Assembly (NCBI RefSeq): GCF_021028975.2
Contig: NC_059426.1
Span: 37,262,001-37,326,000 of the forward strand
From: Sphaerodactylus townsendi
Lineage: Eukaryota
Direction: 5' to 3'
DNA length: 64,000 bases
In this document: positions 38,961-51,111 of the stretch, piece by piece
Numbering within the stretch: the first letter of the stretch is position 1
Layout: each line of letters starts with the position of its first letter
The notes under the pieces: model-generated
What the model was told of the DNA's origin: nothing
The model's input: the letters and a program-made list of their open reading frames with translations, nothing else
Database searches by the model: none
Made by a program: the position numbers and the translations under genes

Positions 38961-39550
38961 CATAGATGGAGAACATGAACTTCAGTGTGCTCTTTTGTAA
39001 TGGGGGTAACATTAAAAGTTTCTATAGAAATGATGTGATCATCTGAACCTAGCAAACAGACAAAAAAAAGTTTAGAAATTTAGGTAACAATCACTAGAAA
39101 GCATTATCAAAACTGTCAGGGTTAAATTTTTTATTTCAACCCTTCAAGAAATAAACTTTCGAATCTGAACAATTTAATGTGTTTCTTGCGTAAGGAGAAA
39201 TTCTGTGAATGTCTCTGTGGTAAACTGATTTGCTGCTCCAGAGGGCTACTCCGGATGTTGAAATGGAACATGTTAAAAGGTCCCATGAACAGAAGTGGCT
39301 CTTCCCTGCCTTCCCCTTTCCACAGCTGTCCCCTGTGACCCCTGAAAAGCAGCTGTAAAGAGGCTGAGGGGACCACTTGGACTCCATGTCAAACAGGAGC
39401 TTCAATGAGGCCGAATCAGGCAAAACTGTCCCTCTTATGCTGCAGGGGCAGAAAACATGGTCCACTGAACTTCCTCTGCAGAAGAGGGTGCCCTTTTCCT
39501 CTGCATCCTTCTGAACTACATGGTATTTTGACAATACCCGGGGAGGGTGG

Positions 39551-39771
39551 NNNNNNNNNNNNNNNNNNNNNNNNNNNNNNNNNNNNNNNNNNNNNNNNNN
39601 NNNNNNNNNNNNNNNNNNNNNNNNNNNNNNNNNNNNNNNNNNNNNNNNNNNNNNNNNNNNNNNNNNNNNNNNNNNNNNNNNNNNNNNNNNNNNNNNNNNN
39701 NNNNNNNNNNNNNNNNNNNNNNNNNNNNNNNNNNNNNNNNNNNNNNNNNNNNNNNNNNNNNNNNNNNNNNN
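39551..39771. other. Assembly gap (221 N)
   Basis: N run. Confidence 0.98.
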
Positions 39772-39867
39772 NTTTTTTTGGCTGCTGCAATGGGAAGGGT
39801 GTGTGTATGAATAACATAGTATCCAACTCTAGTGTGTCCCGTATCGAGTGAGCTTCCATTGACTTAC

Positions 39868-39909
39868 CTCTGAAAAGGACACACAATCACCACATATTTT
39901 CATACAATT
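39868..39909 (-). other. Candidate 42-nt exon
   Basis: Minus-strand acceptor TGTCCCTTTTGTCTGTAATATAG and donor GAG|GTAAGT; phase-0 frame open (NCMKICGDCVSFSE). Confidence 0.2.
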
Positions 39910-40885
39910 CTATATTACAGACAAAAGGGACACTGTAATGTGAGAGATGGCCCGTGTAAATAAATTGTTACCTAATAAATAAAAGTGGTCACTAAAAATG
40001 CATCTGTAAGGCTTTTCTGGGGTGTGCATTTTAAAATCTGATGTGGTCCTTTTCATACTTCCATGTTTTTAGACGTATAGGGTTAATGCAGATGCAAAAC
40101 TGCTCATAGTTACCTGGAACATGTGGTACTGCTCTCCTGTGTGTTATTCTCTCCTCTGTTCCAACTTTGGAGATGACTATAGTTGGCAATATGTCTGTTC
40201 TTACATTTTCACTTAACTGTGTGTGTTGTATGTGTAAAGTGCCATCAAATCATAGCTGACTTATAGTGACCTCAACAAGGGCGTTCAAGGCAAGTGGCGT
40301 TATGCTATGCCTTCCTCTAACCATAGTTAGCACCACATCACAAACTGAAATAGAGGCCACAAACAGGTTTGCAAACTATGGTTTGGACTAATTGTGATGA
40401 CTGAATACATCAACAAACAAAAATTACAAGAGGATGTGGAATTCCCATCAGAGAGACAGGAGCGGCAGGGGGGAAGTCTGTAGTCTTATAATGCCCTCCC
40501 AGTTGTCAAGCCATGGGCAGCATACTCCAAAGCAAAGATAGCTTTGTCATTTTACCAATATCTTGTCAAAAGTTCTGAGCTGTGCAAAATGAACTGACCA
40601 CCTAATAGTATCCATGCTATAGTCTAGAATCTACATATCAAGAGATAACAGAGAGGAACACTTTATGGTTGCTTCCCTCTGAAAACTGCCAAAAAAAGTA
40701 CATTTCTCAGATTATCTGGAAAACCTTTTTCATTTATATTTGAAAGCTAATTTTTTGAACAATTTTATGGATTACTATTGCTGAAGGAGTTGTACCCAGT
40801 TCTGGTTGCTCATGAAGGTGAAGATAAAATAATACATATGTAAATTGGGACCATGATTTTTGTTGATTAATCGGTTAGTTTAATT

Positions 40886-41071
40886 CAGTGGTTCTCAACC
40901 TGTGGGTTCTGACCCCTTTGGGGGTTGAACGACCCTTTCACAGGGGTCGCCTACAACTCTCTATATCAGTATTCTCCATCTGTAAAATGGATAAATATTA
41001 GGGTTGGGGGTCACCACAACATGAGGAGCTGTATTAAAGGGTCGCAGCATTAGGAAGGTTGAGAACCACTG
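40886..41071 (+). mobile_element. SPIN (hAT) non-autonomous MITE, 186 bp
   Basis: TIR CAGTGGTTCTCAACCT; SPIN/URR1-type ends (ACCCCTTTGGGGGTTGAACGACCCTTTCACAGGGGTCGCC; GGGGGTCACCACAACATGAGG); TSD GTTTAATT/ATTTAATT. Confidence 0.9.
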
Positions 41072-41119
41072 ATTTAATTGATAAAACCATTTGTGATTGA
41101 CTGAAAAGTCATTCTAGAT

Positions 41120-41250
41120 CCGAGGTGGCGAACCTTTGGCACTCCAGATGTTATGGACTACAATTCCCTTCGCCCCCTGCCAGCATGGCCGATTGGCTGA
41201 TGTGAATTTTGGACCATAACATCTGGAGTGCCAAAGGTTCGCCACCACGG
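41120..41250. mobile_element. Palindromic hAT MITE
   Basis: GGTGGCGAACCTTTGGCACTCCAGATG...CATCTGGAGTGCCAAAGGTTCGCCACC; TSD TTCTAGAT/ATCTAGAT. Confidence 0.85.
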
Positions 41251-41391
41251 ATCTAGATAAATTGAGTAATGCATTGAAGCAATTATTTTAATACTTCATC
41301 AAAATTGTAGGTGACCAGTGCCATCTTAGAGTTGCTGACACACTTAGTGTCATGTTCAGTGTCCAAATGGTTTCCTGCAGTGGCCATTCAG

Positions 41392-41571
41392 TGGATTGCT
41401 AGTCTCTAGATAGGGGCTGGAGACTTCTCAGAATTACAACAGAAATTCCCTTGGATCAAATGGTGGACCATATGGCATAATACTCTGCTGTGGTCTTTCC
41501 CCAAACCCTCCTCTTACAAGGCTTCACCTCCAGTTCTTTAGGAGATTCCCAACAGGGAGCAGACAACCCTA
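41392..41571. mobile_element. Decayed AGGGTTGCCA-terminus MITE
   Basis: Family body; ends GACAACCCTA. Confidence 0.55.
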
Positions 41572-41904
41572 ATTCTATCACATAGCATCACTGAGAGAGA
41601 TGGGACAATGAGGCATCTGTCAGAGACCCATCAAGGACCAACTACCATTTGACTCCTCTCCTCCCAAACTACCTCCCTCACTAGCCATGCCACCTGACAG
41701 AAAGAAAATTGAGACAGTTGACCCTTTCCATCAACGTGCCTTGGGCACAAGACTAAATTCCGTTTGTCTCCTTCCCTCTTCAACAACTTCTGTGTAAACT
41801 CCTTCCTCAGCAATTGTGTCCCACAGCGACTTCCACCTGCTGATTTTGGAACAGTCACCAAAGTGACTGCTTCAATTTTCTTTTCTTTTTTTCATTTCCT
41901 GTTG

Positions 41905-42115
41905 TGTCAGTATTGTGTAGTAGTTAGAGTGCTGGATTAGAATCTGGAAGGTTGAAATCATTATTTGAATCAACCCATGGAAGCTTGCTAACTTACTTTG
42001 GGCAAGTCACTCTCTCAGTCTAATGAGAATTGTTATGCGAATAAAATAGAGACTGGAAAAACAATGTTGTAAGCTGCTTGGAGAGGAAGAAGAGTATAAA
42101 TATCTAAATAAGTAA
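41905..42115 (+). mobile_element. Old CORE-SINE
   Basis: GTGTAGTAGTTAGAGTGCTGGA head, TTGGGCAAGTCAC core, TAAATAA tail. Confidence 0.55.
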
Positions 42116-43013
42116 ATATTGTATTGTGGACAGTTCTTAGTTTTGATTGCCTTTGATTCAGTTTCAAAAAGGTGACATACCAGATTATTTATGTGAAGAA
42201 TCAAATTAACAGTGCTGAAAGGTTAATGCAGGAGTATATTGGAGAAAAAACTTCTCTGACTCCAGAAACTTTGAAAGAATTGTATGATTCTCAGCCCAAT
42301 TTGTAACACATTGTCAGAGATGATGTATTTCTTCAGTGATGATACAGAGGGAAAATTCGTCTATTCGCAAGCTGAACATTTCTGTCATGGAAACTATTTA
42401 TTAAAATGAAATGTGCTTATGATTAATGTTTAATATTGATACTGACTTAATTGAAGCAAAAAAATCTCTTATGAATATTAAGCTATTATTGTTAGTAAGA
42501 ATTTCAACACAAGAGCTGATTTAAGTGATACAATTGTCGCTGAAGAATAATTCACCCGATCATCCTGGCAGTCATCATAAATTCTATATTATAGCACACC
42601 TTAATATTTTATTGTGTTTACATCTGTTACACATAATTGTTTTTGTATTACAAACTCTCATTCTAGTAAGCTGGTCATGGTATGCAAAAATTCCAATTCT
42701 GCATGTGGTATTTGTGCAACATAAAGGATCACTAGGAGCTGAGAGCCTTTGTGCCAGGGAATTTAAATCCTTCTTGAGGTCATTGCTTCTGAATAGTAGG
42801 TAAAAGTCTATCAAAATAATAGAATAAAAGGCTGTGTGCTATCTGATCTATTGGAGAATATGATTATGTTGACAGGACCAAGGAATTCTATACATGTAAA
42901 CCTTTTTTTGATTCTGATTCACTTAAGGCTTATATTAAGAACCAAGTTTGCCCTCTCAACGCATGAACTATAATATCTGAGACCATTTTACATTTTACAT
43001 CTCTCTTTCCAAT

Positions 43014-43153
43014 NNNNNNNNNNNNNNNNNNNNNNNNNNNNNNNNNNNNNNNNNNNNNNNNNNNNNNNNNNNNNNNNNNNNNNNNNNNNNNNNNNNNNNN
43101 NNNNNNNNNNNNNNNNNNNNNNNNNNNNNNNNNNNNNNNNNNNNNNNNNNNNN
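43014..43153. other. Assembly gap (140 N)
   Basis: N run. Confidence 0.98.
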
Positions 43154-43337
43154 TTAGATTCATGTATGAATTCACGCATATGTGCGCACACACACATCCT
43201 TGATTTTAAGTTTACATGTGATTGTTAAAATGAGACCAATATGTTTCTGGTTAAAGTTAGGTTATCAAGGTGTTTAGAAGAAGACCTCATTTCAGTTTAT
43301 CCTAGATTAGTGATGGCTAAATGTAATGCATATCCCA

Positions 43338-43611
43338 GGAGCAGCAGTGGCGTAGTGGTTAAGAGCAGGTGCACTCCAATCTGGAGACTGGGTTTGATTC
43401 CCCACTCTGCCACTTGAGCTGTGAAGGCTTATCTGGGGAACTAGATTAGCTGGATGACCTTGGGCTAGTCACAGCTCTATGAAGCTCTCTTAGCCCCACC
43501 CACCTCACAGGATGTTTGTTGTGGGGAGGGGGAAGGGAAAGGAGATTGTAAGCCCCTTTGAGTCTCCTAAAGGAGAGAAAGGGAGATATAAATCCAAACT
43601 CTTCTTCTTCT
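43338..43611 (+). mobile_element. Full-length Squam3-like SINE
   Basis: A-box TGGCGTAGTGG, B-box GGTTTGATTCCC, CORE domain, ATATAAATCCAAACT(CTT)n tail. Confidence 0.9.
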
Positions 43612-45568
43612 AAGTCTGTTATCCTCAGGTGGATCTCAACAGGGCCACACATGTAATATTAATGGAACAAATAATTGTTGCACTTGAGTACATTTTATTG
43701 AATTGTGCAAACTGTAAACACTGCATCTTTTAGATTTTTTACAGGAATCAATACAGATGCTTGATCTTGGTAATATTTTGAAACATTTTGTAAGGTTGAT
43801 ATGAATAGGTAATTAGCCATAACAGAGAAATCTTTAGTATAAAACCAATGTCAAATTAAAGCTTCCCATAACAAAATGCCTAGTTGCCGTTTATTATCCA
43901 ATAAGTGATTTCAGAATTGTGTTCTCTGTTATTTGAGAAACAAAAGGGTAGTGATCTCAGTGGCATACAATGCCACAGAATCCACCCACCAGAGGAGCCA
44001 TTTTCTCCAAGGAAACTGCTGTCTGTGGTCTGGAGATCAGTTGTAGTTCCAAGATTTCTCCAGGCCGCACCTGGACTGTAGGCTATGCTGGGGATTATGG
44101 GACAGGTGTACAGGAACTGGATAAGTGCAGATAAGCAAAAAATCTGGTTGGATCCAACCTGTATTTTTCAGTATTACGACGTCCAAGTTAGCTAAGTAAG
44201 ATAGCTTGTGGTATATAATGATATATTTATTCTTTCTTTAAAAAAGCAGTTGTGTTAAAATGTCAAATTTTAATGAAAGTCCTTGTTGGAAGAATGAGCA
44301 CTGGCAGTAACACTTCAGAATCTTTGACAGATGCTACATCGCAACATGAAGACTGTCAAATATATGTATGTATATACGGGTGGGGGGAGAGCTATGAGAA
44401 AAACATTGACAAATGTTTAGTGATTTCTTTATCAAAGCAATGTTCTTGGCTAAAAGTCTGTAGTTTCAGTGATAACCTTTGCCACAAAATAAATTGACTA
44501 GCAGCAAAGTTAAACATTTTTAAGTCTCATTATGAAAAAGTAAGTACAGGAGAAAGTAAGCATTTCCAACTTGAACTGGCGATAAATTCTTTCACTGAAA
44601 TTAATTGGACTTTGAGACTGTGATCTAAATAGCAAAAAAAGTATATACTGTACGTGTTCGTTTGATTTGTTTGAAAGGGCCTCAACACAAATCTCCGAAA
44701 ACATTGGTAAAATGTTTTCAAACTCTTCCTTTACCACAATGTATGACTGCACTCACCTCCTCCAAATGATACTCGGCTGCTATTTTGTGATTTCTCCCTT
44801 TTTTCTCCCTTTTTGTTTGAGAAGGCTGCTTCTGTGCTTCACAGCAGAGTTCTGCAATTCTCTGCACCTTCTGCAGTCTATCCTTCAATGATTAGTCTCG
44901 CAAAAATAAAGAAACCTCCAGGGAAAACTTGCAGGTAAAGCAGGCGAGTGGCAAGGTGTGAGCTGAGAAAATGGCACCAACGAGGAAGTGCGGGGAAGGC
45001 AGAGAGGCTTGGGAAACATTTTAAAGGGATCACACAGGCAAAGGAGCCATTTTGAAAATATTTCAACTATATAATAATTTTTAAAAGGCATCCATTTAAA
45101 ACATTTGGAGGCTGCAAAAAACATTTTGAGGTAAAAACAATGCAGAACTCCAAGGAGGAAACATTTTATTTCCTGCAGAAAGTGTTTGTGTGGAAAGGGC
45201 CATAGACTCACTAAGTGTCAAAGGGGATTACACAGTGCAAGTCAGTACAATCAATGTAAAGTCTTACAAGCAGTGTATTAGAACTAGGCTTGCAGAAGTC
45301 TGAATAAGCATCATATATTAGCCACAATACAGGGTGACTCCATGTAGCCCATGTAGAGGAACAATGGGAAGAAATCCCAGATCTGAGAAAGATAATGACG
45401 AACTTTTAATAGCTGCAACATCAAGGAATAGTAACTTATCCTAAAAATATTTATATTTCTATTTGCTAGATACATCTGTTGTGTCACATTAAATTCTGTT
45501 CTGGTTGGAGCTCTGATCTTGGTGACAAATGCAAATGCAGGGGTGCAAAAGGCTAAATGAGAAGGGAG

Positions 45569-46719
45569 TAGGGCTGCCAATCTTCATGTGGCACCTGGAG
45601 AACTCCCTCTATTACAACTGATCTCCAAATTCCAGGGATCATTTCCCCTGGAGAAAATAGCTGCTTTGGAGGGTGGGTTCTATGGCATTAGACCCTCCCC
45701 TCCCCAAGCTCTACCTGCAAAAGCTTCAGGTATTTTCCCACTGGCGTAATGCCCATTGGGCAAGGTGGGCAGCTGCCCAGGGCATCACCTTGTGGGAGGC
45801 ATCAAAATGCTGGGTTCGTTTTTGGATATTTTAGTGGTTTTCCATTTTTGGCCTGCAGGGGGCGCAGTTTTTAGGCTAGCGGCACCAAAATTTCAGCAAA
45901 TCATCAGGGGACTGTCCTTATATACCCCCAGGTTTGGTGTGAGGAGTTTGGTTCAGGGAGTCCAAAGTTATGGACTCCCAAAGGGGGTGCCCCTATCCCC
46001 CATTGTTACCAATGGGAGCTAATAGGAGATTGGGGGCCATAGTTTTGAGGGTCCATAATTTTGGCCCCCCGTTCAACCAAATTGCAAATTTGGGGGGGGT
46101 ATCATTAGGAGCAGTCTCCTGAGTTTAGCATGACTGTGTCTTCAGAAATGTGCCCCCACAGGCCCTGCAACCCCCATTGACAGCAATGCAGAAAACTCAA
46201 TGGCAGAACAAAGATTCTTGGGCAAACTTCTAGGAGGATAGTTCCTGCAGGGGGTGCATTTTTGTATGTATCAGCACCAAAATTTCAGGGTATCATCTGG
46301 AGATGATGGCACTCCCAAGTTTGGTGCAGTTTGGTTCAGGGGGGCCAAAGTTATGGACCCCTCAAACTGTGAGCCCCCATCTCCTATTTTCAGCTCCCAT
46401 TGGAAGTCACAATGGGGATGCAACTCCTTTGGGGAGTCCATATAACTTTGGACTCCTTGAACCAAACCTCACCAAACTTGGGGGGTAGCATAAGGACAGT
46501 CTCTTGATGATATGCTAAAATTTTGGTGCTGATATGTCTAAAAATGCACCCCCTGCAGGCACCAATGTCCTGGTGCAAAAAGAAATTTGGTCGTGGTGGA
46601 GTGGCCGCCCATGGCGGGGGGGGGGGGGGCATCCAACTCAGGTTTTGCCCAGGGCTACAGTTTGCCCAGGGCTGCCTTGTTACGCCCCTGTATTTTCCAA
46701 TCCAGAGCTGGCAACCCTA
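45569..46719. mobile_element. AGGGTTGCCA-terminus hAT MITE split by a nested element
   Basis: TAGGGCTGCCA...TGGCAACCCTA; perfect 8-bp TSD GAAGGGAG at 45561-45568 and 46720-46727. Confidence 0.88.
45739..46690. mobile_element. Nested non-autonomous hAT element (952 bp) with long internal inverted repeats
   Basis: TIRs CACTGGCGTAA...TTACGCCCCTG; TSD TATTTTCC at 45731-45738 and 46691-46698; arms ~45850-46110 and ~46250-46560 are inverted. Confidence 0.85.
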
Positions 46720-47205
46720 GAAGGGAGCCCATAAGTATCCTGGCTCATCATACAGCACTGTATATAGCCATTTTGATGTTTAACAGGTTCGTGTTCAAAG
46801 TCATTGCCCATTAAATTAGCTCTAATCAAAATTAGGCTAATATGTATTCAAATTATATTTATGGACGTATTCACATTCTAGAAGAGTTATTTTATGTATG
46901 GCAAATGTTAAGATTTTGTGTTAGTTATGTTTTTAACATAATCATTTTGCAAAATCTGGACAACACCTATTTAACAAGCTTTGAGATATACTTCCCTGCA
47001 ATTAAAAGAAAAGAAAATGTCTTCCTCATAAAAGAACAATAGGCATGGGTAATCATCACTAATCCAGATGTAAGAACATTATAATAATAGGCTTTATGGG
47101 AAATGTGTAGTATCTGGTATGTTGTACATTTACTTTGAACTTTGTAATTATGCTAGCTTAAATAAAAACAAATAATTCACTTCAGCTATTTGGAGCATGG
47201 AAGGG

Positions 47206-47395
47206 AAGGTGGTATAGTATAGCCCAATCTCATCAGCTCGGGAGCTAAGTAGGGTCCATACTTGAAAAGGAGACCAAGAATGGCTCTGAAGAGGAAGGCA
47301 ATGGCAACCTACCTCTACTTCTCTTTTGTCTTGAAAAACTCTTGCATGGGTGGCCATAAGTCTATTGTAACTTGACAGCACTTTATACACACACA
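47206..47395 (+). mobile_element. 5S-derived SINE with RTE-type tail
   Basis: CCCAATCTCATCAGCTCGGGAGCTAAGTAGGG head; GGCAATGGCAACC...GCCATAAGTC...ACTTGACAGCAC tail. Confidence 0.65.
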
Positions 47396-47408
47396 TTTGG
47401 AGCATATT

Positions 47409-47714
47409 AGAAGAAGAGAAGAAGAAGAGTTTGGATTTATACCCCCATCTTTCTCTCCTTCAAGGAGATTCAAGTTGGCTTACAAGCTCCTTTCCCTTCC
47501 TCTCTCCACAACAGACACCTTGTGAGGTAGGTGGGGCTGAGAGAATTCTGAAGAATTGTGACTAGCTCAGGGTCACCTAGCAGGAATGTAGGAGTGGAAA
47601 CACATCTGGTTCACCATATGAGCCTCAGTCACTCAGGTGGAGGAATGGGGAATCAAACCCGGTTCTCCAGATTAGAATCCACCTGCTCTTAACCACTACA
47701 CCATGCCGGTTCTC
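47409..47714 (-). mobile_element. Full-length Squam3-like SINE
   Basis: (AAG)n tail, reverse CORE domain and reverse tRNA head (CTCTTAACCACTACACCA). Confidence 0.9.
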
Positions 47715-48463
47715 AGTTAGAAAAGTTAATAGCTGAATGATTTGATACTATAAATCTGCAGGTTCAACTCAGTAATCCTTTTTGTTCCTTTTCTTTGTGT
47801 GTGTGTGTGTGTGTGTAAGTTTTTTTGTTTGTTCTTTAGGTAAGATTTATGGTGATCAATGTGACAGAAATAAATGATTATGATTCAGCTGATGAAGGTG
47901 TTTTAAAGTCTGTTATTATGGTGGTCTTGTTTTTAAAAACAGAATGCTTCACTCCTCTTTTCTGAGAACTGCAACTGTGACAATGGAAAAATGGTATAAT
48001 ACTAAAAAAAACTTGATTCCCCACATACTGAGACTTGGATTGAGGATCTTCTTGGTTCAGCAGTAAATGAACAAATAACTTTTAATAGGCGGGAAACAGT
48101 GCCAAATTTATCTGGTCAGGGTACATGAAACATACAGTAAGCAGAGTTCACACTCTTCTACAGCTCATCAACTTCAACAGAGTCGGAAAGGTTAACTTTC
48201 AGTCTTGTATTGATAAATATCTAATGCATAGCACTGCTGGCATTCACCTTCCACTTTTAAGTATATTATGTTTAAGAGGACCATGTCTCCTGGCAGTTGC
48301 CCCTTTCCCCCACCAGTGCTTTATAGGTCAGTGGGGAGAAAAGGTGGGGGTTGGGGGTACAGTGTTATTACGCTGGTGTGCAATGTCATTTCTAGCAAAA
48401 AAAAATCAGGGGCGATGTCCTCCCTTTGGGTTGATGTGATCGAGTAGGACGAGTATTCAGGAT

Positions 48464-48637
48464 ACCTATGGCACTCCAGATGTTCATTGACTTCAGGACT
48501 CGCCAGGACCTGGTGATCGATGAACATGGATTTGGTTTCCATCCAAGTTCCCGGCCATGCTTAATTTCGGTGCAGGTGCTGGCAGATGGGAATTGTAGTT
48601 CATGAACATCTGGAGTGCCATAGGTTCACCACCACTG
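48464..48637. mobile_element. Palindromic hAT MITE with disrupted centre and left end
   Basis: ACCTATGGCACTCCAGATGTTCAT...ATGAACATCTGGAGTGCCATAGGTTCACCACCACTG. Confidence 0.7.
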
Positions 48638-49829
48638 CTCTAAGATTTGCCCAGTGACAAATCCTATATAGTCACCCCAAACCAAAGTGCAAAACTGGCA
48701 GCCAAGTCGCATCGTGGCATAACACTGACGTGCCCATCAATGGCCTTGAATTCGTCCTTGTATGTGTATACGAGAGTGATATGTCTGTGGATTAATTGGA
48801 ACCCTATAATTTTAAATAATTATATCCATATTTATGTATATGTATCTTATTGTTCCCATTTGAGAGCCGGATTTGATAGCGGGAGACCATTAAAAAGAAT
48901 GCAGGCTGAATTGTGCATTAGATCTTGGGGCGCCATTTGGTATTTTGGATTTTGAGAATGGGTAGTTGGCACCGTCATAAAATGGTGGAAGACTGCAGCC
49001 AACCCCTATAGGGTCTGCATCCAGTCACAAAATGTTGGTAAGTTTCAAGTAAATCATCTTCCTATGATGGAGACATTTATTTCCAAATGGATACTCCCTG
49101 TAATTGATGCCTTCTGGACTCTTTTGAAGAAATTCCTGCTCAGTCAGGTAGAAGGATTGTCTCCTTCCTTTAGGGAAGAAATACTCTGGGAAGAAGGAAG
49201 TGCAACAGTGGGTGTCATGGACAGGAAATGCAACAGTGGATGTCATGGACCTTACAGGTACTCCATTGGGAGTTACTGCAAGAATGCTATTTGGTTGCTT
49301 GCTTTTCTTGTTTTTCAAAATTTTCATACTGAAAAACAAATAGAAGAGTGTGTCAAACAGATAAAAATTAGACTACATTAAAGGGCAGCAAGTCCTATGA
49401 CACTAAATTATTTTTTTTTCAAATGCATTAACATTTTAATCACAAGGTCTGGCAGAATTTTGGAACAATTGCTTTTTGTTTTGTTTTGTTTTGAACTCTG
49501 TGGGTAAAGATAGTTAGAGTGTGTGTGCTAACTGGTGGTGCTTGAAGAGGCCACTGTGCTACAAACCCATTTTCCAGCAGATTTTCTATAGAAAAGAGAA
49601 TTGCAGCTGTTATTTTTAGGATAATGTATTGTTTTGTATGCATGTCTATTTTTTAAGCACATCTTTCTCCACTAGAGCCTGGATGCCCTCTGGGAAATAG
49701 CAATATAACTGCAACTGGAAAGGTATAAGATGATAGAACTCATTTGCTGAAGTTGTCCTTGCCCCACCTTATGCACTTTTTGTTGCAAGTTCTACACAAC
49801 ATTAATGTGCCAGGTATATAATTGCATGA

Positions 49830-50045
49830 TACAAATCATGAGAGGGAGGGCAGGATGGGAAGAGTCAGCACTCAGCTCTTATGTCTCTTTTTTACATGCC
49901 CAAAGAAATGCTGATCGCCAGTTTGGAGTCAGGGAGGAATTGTCTCCAGGGTAGATTGGCCAGGGATCCTGGGTTTTTTCGCCATCCTCTGGACATAGAA
50001 CAGGGGTCACTGGGGGTTGTAAATTTCCTGCATTGTGCATAGATC
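49830..50045 (+). mobile_element. CR1 3' UTR remnant
   Basis: GGAGTCAGGGAGGAATT...GGCCAGGGATCCTGG...AATTTCCTGCATTGTGCA motif typical of squamate CR1 3' UTRs. Confidence 0.55.
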
Positions 50046-50160
50046 ACCCCTTAACAGAATCACCCCTTAACAGAATAAAATACAATCTTTAGAATTGTCC
50101 TTTTAAAGGATATCTTTTATATACATTGTTAAATACTGTTACTCCTAAATAGTTACAGCT

Positions 50161-51111
50161 ATGGTTGCCAACCAGCGGCTGGCAAACATTGGGAGTCTTG
50201 AGAGACATAGGGGGGTGCTGTAGACATCATAGGATCTGTCACTTTTGGAAAAAAACTGACAGTGATGGCAAGCCTATTTACGAAATTGCTGGAAACTCTA
50301 TAGCAGTGATGGCAAACCTTTTCGAGACCGAGTGCCCAAACTGCAACCCAAAACCCACTTATTTATCGCAAAGTGCCTACATGGCAATTTAACCTGAATA
50401 CTGAGGTTTTAGTTTAGAAAAAATGGTTGGCTCTGAGGCTTGCGTTACTCAGGAGTAAGCTTGGTGGTAGTTGTTGGCTTTGCTTTGAAGCAACCATGCA
50501 ACTCTTCGAACGGGTGAATCACGACCCTAGGAGGGTTTATTCAGAAGCAAGCCACATTGCCAGCAACCGAGCTTACTCCCAGGTAAAGGATCGCGCTTTA
50601 GTACTTTGCATGAAAATCATTGGGGTTTAACAGTGCTTAACAGGGTTACCTACACTGCTTCCCCAAAACTAGGTCTTAGGTTTAATGCTGATAATCGAGC
50701 CCAGCGGCCCAGGCCAGCCTAGATATGTGTGTGGGGGGGCGATTCCCCCCCCCCCATGATGAACTCTGTGCGTGCCCACAGAGAGGGCTCTGAGTGCCAC
50801 CTCTGGCACCCATGCCATAGGTTCGCCATTACTGCTCTATAGTGAGATGATAGTGACATAATGCCTCTCTAGGAACTGCCTATCTAGGAATCATGCCTGT
50901 CTAGTAATTGTTGGGAACTCTGTGGTTTTATGATGTCCCTTCCAGGTTTTTTCCTCTGGTAGCGATGTAATGCTATTGTACCTATAGCGATTTTTTAACT
51001 TTATTTTTTATTTTATACTTTATTTTTTTCTGGCTGGCCCCTGAGACAGCAGCTGGCAACAGGAGCTGGGGGAGGATGTTCTCCTGCCCACAGTGGGTAT
51101 CTTGTAGCCCT
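50161..51111. mobile_element. Older GGTTGCCA-terminus element interrupted by a hAT MITE
   Basis: GGTTGCCAACC start, GTAGCCCT end; the CTCTATAG target site inside is duplicated by the 50304 insertion. Confidence 0.5.
50304..50834. mobile_element. hAT MITE (CAGTGATGGCGAACCT family, longest copy, 531 bp)
   Basis: TIRs; TSD CTCTATAG on both sides. Confidence 0.92.

Noticed and set aside
12882-43197. ORFs containing X runs
   Set aside because: Artefacts of translating through N gaps.
43338-43410. tRNA gene
   Set aside because: A and B boxes belong to a SINE head; no cloverleaf.
49195-49251. Short tandem duplications (also ~50043-50076, ~51607-51638, ~57776-57816, ~63739-63805)
   Set aside because: Two-unit slippage duplications, common and uninformative; not CRISPR-like because there are no spacers.
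49025-49381. Overlapping ~105-aa ORFs on both strands
   Set aside because: No recognisable motif or convincing splice signals.
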